A stretch of DNA of 64,000 nt from an uncultured Desulfosarcina sp. Lineage in GTDB: Bacteria > Desulfobacterota > Desulfobacteria > Desulfobacterales > Desulfosarcinaceae. Position 1 is the stretch's first letter. Each line of letters opens with the position of its first letter. The position numbers and the translations under genes were made by a program. Shown here in pieces: positions 19,969 through 30,191 of this stretch. The stretch is taken from the NCBI GenBank assembly GCA_963674945.2, contig CAXXWQ010000004.1, positions 2,816,001 through 2,880,000 of the forward strand, written 5' to 3'. Under the pieces are notes generated by a model. It was given only the letters and a program-made list of their open reading frames with translations, did no database searches and was not told the DNA's origin.

Positions 19969-20961
19969 ATGATGACCGCCAAGGAAAAGATTCTTTACTT
20001 CATCTACCTGCATCGCACCGGCTTGACCGTTACGGTCCTTTCGGTGCTGCTGCTTTTTTGGCCACTGGTGGAAAAGAACCCGTACACGCTGGGCCTTTCC
20101 AATTTGATCGCCATCCATGCCATGGTGGTATTGGGACTCAACCTGTTCATCGGATACACCGGCCAGATCAGCCTGGGTCATGCGGCCTTTTTCGCCCTCG
20201 GTGCCTACGGATCGGCCCTGGGTACAACCACTTTCGGGTGGCCGGTGTGGATCGTGATGGCACTGGTAGCCGTGTGTACGGCCACCATCGCTTTGTTGGT
20301 GGGACTTCCCGCACTCAAACTGAGCGGACACTACCTTGCCATGGCCACATTGGGTTTCAACATCGTGGTCTATATCGTGCTGGTACAATGGGACACGGTC
20401 ACCGGCGGACCCAGCGGGTTTTCCGGCATCCCCTACATCTCTATCGGTCCAATTGTCTTCGACGAGGAGATCTCTTTTCACTACCTGGTGTGGACCTTTG
20501 CCATGCTCTCTCTTCTCCTTTGCCTCAATCTGGTGCGAAGCGGCGTGGGGCGAGGCCTGTCCGCCCTGGCCGAGGACGAGACCGCTGCGGCCGCCTTGGG
20601 TGTGGATACCCGGGTGGCCAAGGTCAAGGTGTTCGTTCTGTCGGCGGTGCTGACCGCCTTGGCCGGCAGCCTCTTCGCCCATTGCTACGCCTTCGTGAGC
20701 CCCGATTCGTTCAATATTTTCGTTTCCATCGATTTCGTGATCATGGTGATCGTCGGCGGAATGGGATCCATCTGGGGATCCTTGTTCGGTGCAGGGTTGA
20801 TTACCCTTTTGCCGGAATGGATCGAAGCGCTTGTAACTTATAAAGACATCGTTTATGGCCTGATCCTGGTGGTGATCCTGCTCTTCTTGCCCCAGGGGCT
20901 GGTTACGGGGGTCGTGGATGCGGTAAGGACACGCGTTGCCCTGAGGCGCGATCATGCTTGA
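19969..20961 (+). CDS. Branched-chain-amino-acid-type ABC permease (LivM-like)
   Basis: GYTGQISLGHAAFF, YLAMATLG, GGMGSIWG; start at MMTAKE. Confidence 0.9.
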   Translation: MMTAKEKILYFIYLHRTGLTVTVLSVLLLFWPLVEKNPYTLGLSNLIAIHAMVVLGLNLFIGYTGQISLGHAAFFALGAYGSALGTTTFGWPVWIVMALVAVCTATIALLVGLPALKLSGHYLAMATLGFNIVVYIVLVQWDTVTGGPSGFSGIPYISIGPIVFDEEISFHYLVWTFAMLSLLLCLNLVRSGVGRGLSALAEDETAAAALGVDTRVAKVKVFVLSAVLTALAGSLFAHCYAFVSPDSFNIFVSIDFVIMVIVGGMGSIWGSLFGAGLITLLPEWIEALVTYKDIVYGLILVVILLFLPQGLVTGVVDAVRTRVALRRDHA

Positions 20962-21718
20962 ATTGGAAAACGTGAGCAAATTCTTCGGCGGCCTGCCGGC
21001 GTTGATGGAGGTTTCCTTTGCCGCAGAGCCGGGAAAGGTCACGGCGCTCATCGGCCCCAACGGGGCCGGAAAATCCACCCTGATCGACTGCATCAGCGGA
21101 GTCAACCAGATCCAAAGCGGGCGGATTCATTTGGAGAATATGCGTATCGACGGGAAACCGGCACATGAAATCGCCGGACTGAAAGTGACACGGACCTTTC
21201 AGAACCTGAAGATCTTCTCCCGGTTGTCCGTGCTGGACAATGTGCTCACCGGACTGACGGTGGCGGCCGAGCGATCGTTTCTCTTTTCCATGTTGCGTCT
21301 GCCCCCGCTTCGCCACCAGGAGCGGCGCCTGCGGCTTCGTGCCTTGGAAGCACTGGACAATTTTGGGCTGGCCAAGAAAGCCCACTGGCCGGCTGCGGCG
21401 CTTTCCTACGGTGAGAAAAAGCGGGTGGAGATGGCCCGTGCCTTCGTAGGAGAACCGAAGCTTGTCCTTTTGGACGAACCCGTAGCAGGGCTCAACGCCG
21501 ACGAAACGGCACATGTTGCACATCATATCTGCCGGCAGCGAAACGCAGGCCACACCATGCTGCTGGTGGAGCACGACATGGACCTTGTGATGGCGGTGGC
21601 CGATCGGGTCGTCGTGTTGGACAGCGGCCGGTGCATCGCACAGGGAAAGCCGGACGAAGTGCGCCGGAACCCCCTGGTACTGGAGGCCTATCTGGGCCGC
21701 ATGGAGGCGACTGCCTGA
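20954..21718 (+). CDS. ABC ATP-binding protein (LivG-like)
   Basis: GPNGAGKS, RTFQN, LSYGEKKR, LLDEP, EHDM, AYLG. Confidence 0.92.
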   Translation: MLELENVSKFFGGLPALMEVSFAAEPGKVTALIGPNGAGKSTLIDCISGVNQIQSGRIHLENMRIDGKPAHEIAGLKVTRTFQNLKIFSRLSVLDNVLTGLTVAAERSFLFSMLRLPPLRHQERRLRLRALEALDNFGLAKKAHWPAAALSYGEKKRVEMARAFVGEPKLVLLDEPVAGLNADETAHVAHHICRQRNAGHTMLLVEHDMDLVMAVADRVVVLDSGRCIAQGKPDEVRRNPLVLEAYLGRMEATA

Positions 21719-21719
21719 G

Positions 21720-23825
21720 ATGCGCAACGACCATTTACTTTCCATCCAAGGTGCGACGGCCCATTACGGAGCGGCCCAGGCCCTTTTCGGCGTGGACCTG
21801 AACGTCATGCCTGGAGAGACCGTTGCGCTGGTGGGGGCAAATGGTGCCGGCAAGACCACCTTGCTCAAATGCATCATGGGACTCATGCCCTTTTCCGGAG
21901 GCAGCCTGCACCTGGATGGCCGGCGGATCAGAAAGGCGTCTCCGGCCCGAATGGTTCGAAGGGGCCTTGCCCTGACCCCCGAAGGACGGGAGGTGTTCGG
22001 GCACCTGACCGTGGCGGAGAATCTCGAACTGGGGGCGGCAGCCGTAAAGACAGGACGAAGGGAAGTGGCCCGACGCATGAAGGGGGTATACGATCGGTTC
22101 GGTCGTCTGGCAGAGCGGAAGGATCAGGTGGCCGGAACCCTTTCCGGTGGCGAGCAACAGATGCTGGCCATGGGGCGGGCGCTCATGTCCCGGCCCCGCC
22201 TTTTGCTGCTGGATGAACCCAGCCTCGGCCTGGCACCGTTGGTCACCGATGAAATTTTTTCGATCATCCACCAGTTGTCCCGCGCCGGCGTGACCATTTT
22301 GCTAGTGGAACAAAATGCCGCACGGGCCCTGTCGGCCTCCCACAGGGCCTTTTTGATGGCCGGTGGACGCATCGTCCAACATGGAAAAAGCGATGATCTG
22401 CTGTTGAATCCAAATCTGCGCGCCGCTTTTTTGGGAGCCGCCAGCCAAGATAAACCCGGAGCCAGTAGACTGGGTGGCGCCGGTCTGACCAATATTCGTT
22501 TGGAGAAACCACTCATGCACAAAAAGACATTCATACCCGATTTCATCGATGAAAAAGACCTTGCGGCACACCAGCTCAAAGGACTGCAATGGACCGTCCG
22601 TCATGCCTTCGAAGGATCCAGTTTCTACCGCCAGCGCCTGGAGGCGGCCGGGGTTGCGCCCGATTCCATCCAAAGTCTGGACGATCTTCGGCGGCTGCCG
22701 TTCACCACCGCAGACGACCTGCGCGAATTCTACCCCTTTCCGCTTCGGTCGGTTCCCTTCGAGCAGATTGTTCGCATTCACGCCAGTTCCGGAACCACGG
22801 GCAAACGTAAGATCATCGGTTACACCCAAAAGGACATCGACGACTGGATTCACTTCTTCGCTCGCTGCTACGAAATGGCCGGCGTCACCCCCCTGGACCG
22901 GGTGCAGATCGCCGTGGGGTACGGAATCTGGACCGCCGGCATGGGATTCCAGCTGGGATGCGAGAAGGTCGGTGCCATGGCGGTACCGGTGGGACCGGGA
23001 AATATAGATATGCACCTTCAGTTCATGGAAGATCTGCGTTCGACGGTATTTTGCAGCACGGCTTCCATGGCACTTCTCATGGCAGAGGAGATCCACCACC
23101 GTGGTATTGCCGACAAGATCAACATCCGCAAGATTATTTACGGTTCCGAGCGCAGCTCCCGATCCATGCGCCAGAAAATTTCCGATCTGTTCGGTGGCGC
23201 GGAACTCTTCGACATCACGGGATTAACCGAGCTTTACGGTCCCGGAACCGGCATCGAGTGCAGCGACCACGACTGCATCCACTACTGGGGTGACTACTAT
23301 ATCCTTGAAATCGTGGATCCAAAGACCCTGGAACCGCTGCCCGACGGCGAATGGGGGGAAATGGTGGTAACCACCTTGCAAAAAGAGGCCGCTCCATTGA
23401 TCCGCTATCGCACAAGGGATATCACCCGCATCATTCCCGGCCGTTGCACCTGCGGATCGATCGTTCCACGGCATTCCCGCATCAAGGGACGCAGCGACGA
23501 CACCATCAAGTTCAGGGGGGTCAACATCTATCCCTCGACCATCGATACCATTTTGTCCGCCATTCCCGGCCTTGGCTCCGAGTACCAGATTAAACTGAAC
23601 CGGGACGAAAAGAGTGGAAAGGATTTTATGAAATTGGTGGTCGAACGGGGCCAGGGCGTCGATGCCGATCGATCGGCGCAGCTGATCCATGAGACCGAGT
23701 ACCAGATCAAAAAGCAGCTTCTGGTCTCCACACAGGTGGAGCTGGTGGACTACCAGGCGCTACCGCGGACCCAGCGAAAGAGTCAGCGGGTGTTTGATAC
23801 GAGGATCACCGACGAAATCGTTTAA
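21720..23825 (+). CDS. Fusion of a LivF-like ABC ATPase and a phenylacetate-CoA ligase (PaaK-like)
   Basis: First ~240 aa: GANGAGKT, LSGGEQQMLA, LLDEPSLGL. From aa 266: HASSGTTG, PLIRYRT.D, GRSDD..KFRGVN. One uninterrupted ORF. Confidence 0.9.
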   Translation: MRNDHLLSIQGATAHYGAAQALFGVDLNVMPGETVALVGANGAGKTTLLKCIMGLMPFSGGSLHLDGRRIRKASPARMVRRGLALTPEGREVFGHLTVAENLELGAAAVKTGRREVARRMKGVYDRFGRLAERKDQVAGTLSGGEQQMLAMGRALMSRPRLLLLDEPSLGLAPLVTDEIFSIIHQLSRAGVTILLVEQNAARALSASHRAFLMAGGRIVQHGKSDDLLLNPNLRAAFLGAASQDKPGASRLGGAGLTNIRLEKPLMHKKTFIPDFIDEKDLAAHQLKGLQWTVRHAFEGSSFYRQRLEAAGVAPDSIQSLDDLRRLPFTTADDLREFYPFPLRSVPFEQIVRIHASSGTTGKRKIIGYTQKDIDDWIHFFARCYEMAGVTPLDRVQIAVGYGIWTAGMGFQLGCEKVGAMAVPVGPGNIDMHLQFMEDLRSTVFCSTASMALLMAEEIHHRGIADKINIRKIIYGSERSSRSMRQKISDLFGGAELFDITGLTELYGPGTGIECSDHDCIHYWGDYYILEIVDPKTLEPLPDGEWGEMVVTTLQKEAAPLIRYRTRDITRIIPGRCTCGSIVPRHSRIKGRSDDTIKFRGVNIYPSTIDTILSAIPGLGSEYQIKLNRDEKSGKDFMKLVVERGQGVDADRSAQLIHETEYQIKKQLLVSTQVELVDYQALPRTQRKSQRVFDTRITDEIV

Positions 23826-23900
23826 AATTGGGGCTGCGGCCCAGTTTTAATGGGAAATGGCACACAACAACAGGGGTGAACAGGAGCAAGGAGGAAAACG

Positions 23901-25070
23901 ATGAGAAGAATTGGGAAGCTGGTTTTGATTACCGTTTTGACGATGGTGATGGCAGGCGGGGTTGCATTTGCTGATGATATGATCAAGATCGGTGCCTTTT
24001 TCGATCTGTCCGGTCCGGCCGCCGCCATCGGCACCCCCACCAAGTTGGTGGCTGAAATGGTGGTGGACAAGATCAATGGAGAGGGTGGTGTCAATGGAAA
24101 AAAAATCGAATTGATCCTGGGTGACACCGAAGGCGACCCGGCAAAGGCGGTGAACATCGCAAAGAAATTCATTTACAAGGACAAGGTGGCCGCCATCATC
24201 GGCCCCACCCGAACCGGTACCGGCATGGCCGTCAAGAGAATCATACACGACGGCAAGATCCCGGCATTCATGACCGTGGGAGGAGATCCGGTCATCATGG
24301 GGGGAGAGAAACTGGGTCCCTTCGACTGGGTGTTCAAATCGCCACAACGCTCGTCGGTGGCCGTCAAGCGGTTGTACATGTACCTGAAAGAGAAGGGGTT
24401 GACCAAGATCGGCCTGCTCACCGCTTCGGACGGCTTCGGCAAGGACGGCGTTCGATGGCTGACCAAGCTGGCGCCCGAGTATGGCATCCAGGTGGTGGCC
24501 CAGGAGAGCTTCGGTCCCAAAGACACCGACATGACCGCCCAGCTGACCAATGCAAAAAATGCAGCACCCCAGGCCCTGGTGGTCTGGACCATCGGTCCGG
24601 CCGGCGCCATCGTTTCCAAGAACAAGGCCCAGTTGGGTATCGATCTGCCCCTGTTCCAATGCCACGGGCTGCCTGATCCCAAATATGTCGAACTGGCCGG
24701 CAAAGCCAGTGAGGGGGACCGCATGCCGGCCACCAAATTGATGATCGCCGATGCCCTGCCCGACGATGATCCCCAGAAGCCGGTCATTCAGGAGTTCATC
24801 CACCTCTACACCGACGTCTATCACTATGACAAACAGTTTCCCATCAACACCCATTCCGGGTATGCCTGGGATGCCATTCTGATTGTCGCCAACGCCATGA
24901 AGACGGCGGGCACCGATGCCGAGGCGCTACGAAGCGCCATCGAGCAGACCAAGGGCTACGTAGGCGTCTCCGGTGTCTACAACCTCACACCCGAAGACCA
25001 CAACGGTCTGGATGTGGATTCCATGGTGGTCGTGCAGGTCAAGGGTGGAAAATTCGTGAGGGCACAGTAA
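23901..25070 (+). CDS. ABC substrate-binding protein (LivK-type)
   Basis: Signal peptide, IKIGAFFDLSGPAA, INGEGGVNGKKIEL. Confidence 0.9.
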   Translation: MRRIGKLVLITVLTMVMAGGVAFADDMIKIGAFFDLSGPAAAIGTPTKLVAEMVVDKINGEGGVNGKKIELILGDTEGDPAKAVNIAKKFIYKDKVAAIIGPTRTGTGMAVKRIIHDGKIPAFMTVGGDPVIMGGEKLGPFDWVFKSPQRSSVAVKRLYMYLKEKGLTKIGLLTASDGFGKDGVRWLTKLAPEYGIQVVAQESFGPKDTDMTAQLTNAKNAAPQALVVWTIGPAGAIVSKNKAQLGIDLPLFQCHGLPDPKYVELAGKASEGDRMPATKLMIADALPDDDPQKPVIQEFIHLYTDVYHYDKQFPINTHSGYAWDAILIVANAMKTAGTDAEALRSAIEQTKGYVGVSGVYNLTPEDHNGLDVDSMVVVQVKGGKFVRAQ

Positions 25071-25098
25071 TCGGCCATGGGGAAGGAACGTTTCGCCG

Positions 25099-26013
25099 CT
25101 ACCGGACGTGCCGACCGGTTTTCCGGTTCAGCCACAATTCGAAACGTTCCACCAGCAAGGAGCAGGTCAGGCAGAGAACGAAGTAGATGGCCAAAACGGT
25201 AAGCCACACCTCGAAGGTGAGAAAGGTGGCGGCCATCAGCTCCATGCCCTGAAAGGTGAGTTCCTGGATGGAGATCACCGATACGATGGCCGAGTCTTTG
25301 ATGGTGGAGATGAACTGCCCGGCCATGGGGGGGATCACCCGAACCAGCGCCTGGGGGAAAATCACGTACAAAAGCTGCTGGTTGCGGGTAAACCCCAGTG
25401 CGGAAGAGGCCTCCCACTGACCGCTGTCGATGGATTGGATGCCCGCCCGTATGATTTCCGTCATATAGGCCCCTTCGTATACCCCAAGGGCCAGGGTCCC
25501 GGAAAGAAAGACGGACATTCGGGAAGGGTCGTCCATGGCGAACCGGAGAAAGACGGACAATGGCCCCTCTTCCAGGTTCGCCAATCGGTCGACCCCCAGG
25601 GCCGGCAGGAGCCGGTCGCCGATGAAGTAGTAAAAGAGGAAGATCCATACCAAGACCGGTATGTTACGGATGATGGCCACGTATCCGGCGCCCAGCAAGC
25701 GCCGGTAGCGGCTGCGGCCGGTTCGAAACAGCCCCATGATGATTCCCATGACCAACGACAGGACCGAAGCCCAGATGCTGAGGCGCAGGGTGACCAGCAC
25801 GCCTTGGGTGATCAGTCCGGGAACCCATCGATCACGGGCGGCATCGAACCGGAAAAGGTACTGGGGGATGACCTGCCAGTTCCACTGATACTGGGCATGG
25901 ATGTTGGCCCGGTAGAGCCACCATACCGCCGCCACGCCGATTCCGGTGAGCAGGAAAAGGTCCCACTTGGTGATTTTCAAGGGCTTGGGGATCACTTGAG
26001 CCGGGATTCCCAA
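25099..26013 (-). CDS. Polar amino acid ABC permease
   Basis: IRNIPVLV, AYMTEIIRAGIQSID.GQWEA; start approximate. Confidence 0.9.
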   Translation of the reverse strand: MGIPAQVIPKPLKITKWDLFLLTGIGVAAVWWLYRANIHAQYQWNWQVIPQYLFRFDAARDRWVPGLITQGVLVTLRLSIWASVLSLVMGIIMGLFRTGRSRYRRLLGAGYVAIIRNIPVLVWIFLFYYFIGDRLLPALGVDRLANLEEGPLSVFLRFAMDDPSRMSVFLSGTLALGVYEGAYMTEIIRAGIQSIDSGQWEASSALGFTRNQQLLYVIFPQALVRVIPPMAGQFISTIKDSAIVSVISIQELTFQGMELMAATFLTFEVWLTVLAIYFVLCLTCSLLVERFELWLNRKTGRHVR

Positions 26014-26816
26014 TCTTTGGTTTCAAACCAGTAGGTTTTGCGTTCCTTCAGCCATCCTTCGGCCTTCACGTAGCCGATCCAGTTGTTGAAAAAATTGAGC
26101 GTATCCACATCACCCTTGCGAACGGCAAAGCCGATGGGTTCGGTGGTGAAGGTGCCGTTTATGGGCAGAAAGAGCCTGTCCGGATAGCGGATGGCCTGGA
26201 AGGCGGGCGTAGGCGCGGAGCCGACCACGGCGTGTACCCGCCCGTTGATCACCTCCTGGTAGGCCTGGGCCTCATCATCGAACATGCGGATCTCTGCCTT
26301 GGGCAGGTATTTCTTGGTGGCGGCCACGGCGGTGGAACCCAATCGGGCCGCGATGATCACCCCAGGTTTATTGAATGCATCCAGACCCTCCATGCCGGCG
26401 GCCATCTTCCTGCTGGCCACGATGGACATTCCGGTAAAATCGTACGGATCGGTGAAATTGACCTTGAGATTGCGGCTGGGAAGAATGCCCATGCCGCCGA
26501 TGATGACATCGAATTTCCCGGTGAGAAGGGCAGGGATGATGCCGGACCATTTGGTGGGAACGAATTCGACCCGAACGCCCATGTCCTCGGCCAGGCGCGT
26601 GGCCACGTCGATTTCGAACCCGATCAGTTTGCCGGTCTTGTCCTTCATGGCCCAGGGAACGAAGGTGGACATTCCCACACGCAGCACGCCGCGTTGAATC
26701 ACCTGCTCCACGACGCTCTCTTGCTCCTGCCCGGCAACGGCGCCGGTAACACCGATTACCATGGTCGTCCACAACGCCAACACAACCATCAGAATCATCC
26801 GTCTCGAAAATCTCAT
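25992..26816 (-). CDS. Polar amino acid ABC substrate-binding protein (family 3)
   Basis: GVLRVG, GFEIDVA, W.GIIPALLTGKFDVI. Confidence 0.9.
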   Translation of the reverse strand: MRFSRRMILMVVLALWTTMVIGVTGAVAGQEQESVVEQVIQRGVLRVGMSTFVPWAMKDKTGKLIGFEIDVATRLAEDMGVRVEFVPTKWSGIIPALLTGKFDVIIGGMGILPSRNLKVNFTDPYDFTGMSIVASRKMAAGMEGLDAFNKPGVIIAARLGSTAVAATKKYLPKAEIRMFDDEAQAYQEVINGRVHAVVGSAPTPAFQAIRYPDRLFLPINGTFTTEPIGFAVRKGDVDTLNFFNNWIGYVKAEGWLKERKTYWFETKDWESRLK

Positions 26817-26961
26817 GTCATGCTCCTTTCCGCATTTATTCCTAAGTTTAGCAATTAGCTGTTATCGATTAGCAACCTAATTTCAAAGAATTGCTGATAA
26901 ATACGCAATAAAAAAGAGCGAACAACAAATCGCTAAAGGCGAACCGCTCACCATGGGGTTT

Positions 26962-27780
26962 TTATACAAGCAACCGTTTCTCCATTACCCGGGTAGCCAA
27001 AGACAAGGCCAGGGTCAAGCTCAGGTACAATGCTGCGATGGAGAACCACAATTCAAACACCAGGTAGGTCTCCGCAATGATCTCCTGTCCTCTCATGGTC
27101 AGGTCGTAAATGGCGATGGTACTGACAAGGGCCGAATCCTTGATCAGGGACACCGCCTGACTGACCAGGGGCGGTGCCATACGGCGCAAAGCCTGGGGTA
27201 GCACCACGTGCCGCAACGTCTGGTATCGATTCAGACCGATGCTCATGGCGGCCTCCCACTGTCCCCGATCCACGGACAAGATGCCGGCGCGAATGATTTC
27301 CGAGGCGTACGCTCCTTCGAACAGGCTGAGTGCCAGCACCGCCGATGAAAAGCGGCCCAAGTCCAGCATGGGGCCGAAAACAAAGTAAATGAAAAACAAC
27401 TGGACCAAAAGGGGCGTATTGCGGATGGTTTCCAAGTAGATCCGCGCCAGGAACCGAGGGGTGACAGCAGGGGACAGACGGCTGATTGCGGTTACCAGGC
27501 CAAGCAGACTGGACAGCAAGAGTGACAGGGCACTTACCTTCAATGTCACCATGAGCCCTTGAATCAAGGGACCGGCCACGATTTTCCCATCTGCAACGGT
27601 TACCAGATACCGGGGCACACGATACCACTGCCAATTGTATCCCAATTCCTTTCCTCCGACATAGACGAGCCAGAGGAGAAGGCCGGCGGTTGCCGTCGCC
27701 TTCAACCCATCTGCAAACAGTGTCCGCATCGTCGATGAAGCGTCCTTATTTTCCAGGCCAATGGCGTCACAATTGTTCAT
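26962..27780 (-). CDS. Polar amino acid ABC permease
   Basis: IRNTPLLVQ, AYASEIIRAGI, IKDSALVS. Confidence 0.9.
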   Translation of the reverse strand: MNNCDAIGLENKDASSTMRTLFADGLKATATAGLLLWLVYVGGKELGYNWQWYRVPRYLVTVADGKIVAGPLIQGLMVTLKVSALSLLLSSLLGLVTAISRLSPAVTPRFLARIYLETIRNTPLLVQLFFIYFVFGPMLDLGRFSSAVLALSLFEGAYASEIIRAGILSVDRGQWEAAMSIGLNRYQTLRHVVLPQALRRMAPPLVSQAVSLIKDSALVSTIAIYDLTMRGQEIIAETYLVFELWFSIAALYLSLTLALSLATRVMEKRLLV

Positions 27781-28055
27781 ATCATGCCGGCGTTAAATGT
27801 TCTGATGGGCACGGCCACGATGTTTCCGTGTCTTCCAAGATGTACCATTTTCTGGAAAAAGCAAGTTTTCGTTCCCCTTCATGCGGTTGAACAAACATGT
27901 TTCATGTATTATTTTTTTGATACAACTATGTTTCAATAAACTGTTTCGATATGACCTGTCGGGTCAATGGGAGGACGGTATCGGTTTCATGCAGGTGACA
28001 AACAAACAATTGAAATAAAATAGAATACATCATATCTGGTGATCCATGTTGCGTC

Positions 28056-28071
28056 TGGCACGATTCTGGCT
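28056..28071 (+). promoter_or_regulatory. Sigma-54 (-24/-12) promoter of the DVU0772-family gene
   Basis: TGGCACGATTCTGGCT fits GG-N10-GC, 85 nt upstream of the ATG. Confidence 0.7.
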
Positions 28072-28155
28072 CACAAATCGACAGCGAATATTATCCCAGC
28101 GAGATAGACAGACTTCGCTGGTTTGGGTAACTCGAATATACGGGAGTTTCGAAAA

Positions 28156-28515
28156 ATGATGAATATCGATGAAATCAAAGGAAATACGGATCTTGTCAAC
28201 GCCATTGACTGGGACATGACACCCGAAGAGGCCGTTCGCCTCTATTTGGAGTGGGGGAACAACTGGGCACGAGGTAACTATGTCATCCGATCAAAGGACG
28301 ACGTATCTCATTATTTCGTTGTCAACACCTGGAAGGAAGAGCCGGTGATCTATTTCATTCGCCGCAACAGCGATGAAGCCGTGGAACTGGCGAAGATCGA
28401 AATGCCGAAAGATCTAAAACGAAGATACTTGCATTCTCAAGGTCGGCACAAAGGCGTGTGGGCACCGGATGCCGACGTTAAAGCTTGGCTCAGAAAAAAG
28501 TTGAATGTTCACTAA
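28156..28515 (+). CDS. DVU0772-family protein (conserved in sulfate reducers)
   Basis: [20 protein letters not shown]...YFVVNTW signature. Confidence 0.8.
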   Translation: MMNIDEIKGNTDLVNAIDWDMTPEEAVRLYLEWGNNWARGNYVIRSKDDVSHYFVVNTWKEEPVIYFIRRNSDEAVELAKIEMPKDLKRRYLHSQGRHKGVWAPDADVKAWLRKKLNVH

Positions 28516-28715
28516 TCGAAAGCGTTTCCAGGCTTAACCCCCAGGGGCTTGAGAATTTTCACAAGCGGGCAAAACCCCGTAATGCTGGACTGCAGGAGGT
28601 TGGCACCGACAAAAGCGGTGAGCCAAAGCCAATAGTGACTGTGCATCTGTGAAAGAATCAGTGAGACCAGTATCATCGTTCCAGCAAAGGCCAAGACAAT
28701 GCGATCAATATTCAT
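28512..28715 (-). CDS. DUF2892/YgaP-like small membrane protein
   Basis: FVGANLLQS...GFCP. Confidence 0.85.
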   Translation of the reverse strand: MNIDRIVLAFAGTMILVSLILSQMHSHYWLWLTAFVGANLLQSSITGFCPLVKILKPLGVKPGNAFD

Positions 28716-28896
28716 AGTAACCTCCCGTGCATGAATTATGTGTTGAGAATAAAGAGCGCCGCACCCTGTTGATGGTTACAGCCGAGGGACAAAATTTATG
28801 ATGATCCCTTCGTTCATAAAAAAATCAATGGCATATTACAACCAATTTTAGTATAACCGAGCCTACTCAAAACAAACCAATCATCAAGGGGGCAAC

Positions 28897-29358
28897 ATGA
28901 ATTTCAATTCCTTCGAGGAGATTCTTGATTTCGCAATCGAAAGGGAAAAACAGGCCGTTGCTTTTTATCAAAAACTGGTGGACAAGGAGACCTTTCCTGC
29001 ATCCAAAAAGACCCTCGCCGAGTTTGTGGAAGAAGAAAAAAAACATCAGAGACTCCTGGAGGAGTTCAAAAAGGGAAATCGTTCCGTCGTCGAATACGAT
29101 TACGAATGGATTCCGGATATCAAACGCAGCGATTACATCGTAGATACGAAGTACGAACCGGGAATGGACTTCGCCGAAATCCTTCGGTTGGCCATGAAAC
29201 GGGAGGAGAAAGCCCTGAGACTGTACAACGCCCTTGCCACCAAAACAGATGATCCGGACTGTATCAAGCTGTTCAAGGTTTTGGCACAGGAAGAAGCCAA
29301 GCACAAGCAAACGTTCGAAACCTTGTATGATGACCATATGGCAAAATTGGGAGATTAA
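28897..29358 (+). CDS. Rubrerythrin/ferritin-like protein
   Basis: AIERE...FY, EEKKH, AMKRE...LY, EEAKH. Confidence 0.88.
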   Translation: MNFNSFEEILDFAIEREKQAVAFYQKLVDKETFPASKKTLAEFVEEEKKHQRLLEEFKKGNRSVVEYDYEWIPDIKRSDYIVDTKYEPGMDFAEILRLAMKREEKALRLYNALATKTDDPDCIKLFKVLAQEEAKHKQTFETLYDDHMAKLGD

Positions 29359-29428
29359 TCGCATGTCCCACCCGATTTGAACAGTTGTCCGCCGGTCGAC
29401 TGGCAACTTTCTTTTGCAAGGAGGAATT

Positions 29429-29920
29429 ATGCTGCCAAAGATCAAAAAGATCCTCTATGCCACAGATCTATCCGAGAACGCACGGTATGCCTATAACTAT
29501 GCGGCAAGTTTGGGACAACAATACGGTGCGCAGATCACCATCGTCCATGTCATCGAAAAATTAACCGCCGAAACCTTTCTGCAGATCCAGGGATATTTGG
29601 GGGAAGAGAAGTGGAAACAGATCCAGAAAGATAAACAGGCGGATTTTATCGCCACCATCAAGGGACGACTCAGCGACTTTTGTAACAAGATCAGCGACGA
29701 AGTGGACGCCTGCACCTTCCAGGTGGAAAAGATTATCGTCGTAGAGGGAATCCCCGCCGACGAAATCCTACACCAGGCCGATTTAAACGATGCAGACATC
29801 ATCGTCATCGGATCCAAAGGACACGGATTGTTCAAGGAAGCCCTGATGGGCGGAACGGCCAGGAGAGTGGTGAGAAGAAGCACCATTCCGGTGATGGTTG
29901 TTCGACTTCCGGAAACATAA
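29429..29920 (+). CDS. Universal stress protein
   Basis: KKILYATDLS, IVIGSKG, MGGTARRVVR...PVMVV. Confidence 0.9.
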   Translation: MLPKIKKILYATDLSENARYAYNYAASLGQQYGAQITIVHVIEKLTAETFLQIQGYLGEEKWKQIQKDKQADFIATIKGRLSDFCNKISDEVDACTFQVEKIIVVEGIPADEILHQADLNDADIIVIGSKGHGLFKEALMGGTARRVVRRSTIPVMVVRLPET

Positions 29921-30191
29921 TCTTTTACGACGACAAAACTTATCCTATTGAATATTATTGTCTTTTTGATTACCTGCACTTATCCGTCATCCCATCTCTT
30001 TTCTCCGATCAAATGCCAATTGACATCTTCCGTTCACAAACCGTGGCCATCGTTGACTCAAAAACAAAATCGGTGTACCTAATAGCCATTTCATCAAGCG
30101 ATTCAAGATTCGGAAGAATCCGCCATAGATCCAATATCCAAGCCCGGTTCACCGGCAATCACAATTATCAAGGCTTTAGGAGGGGGACATC

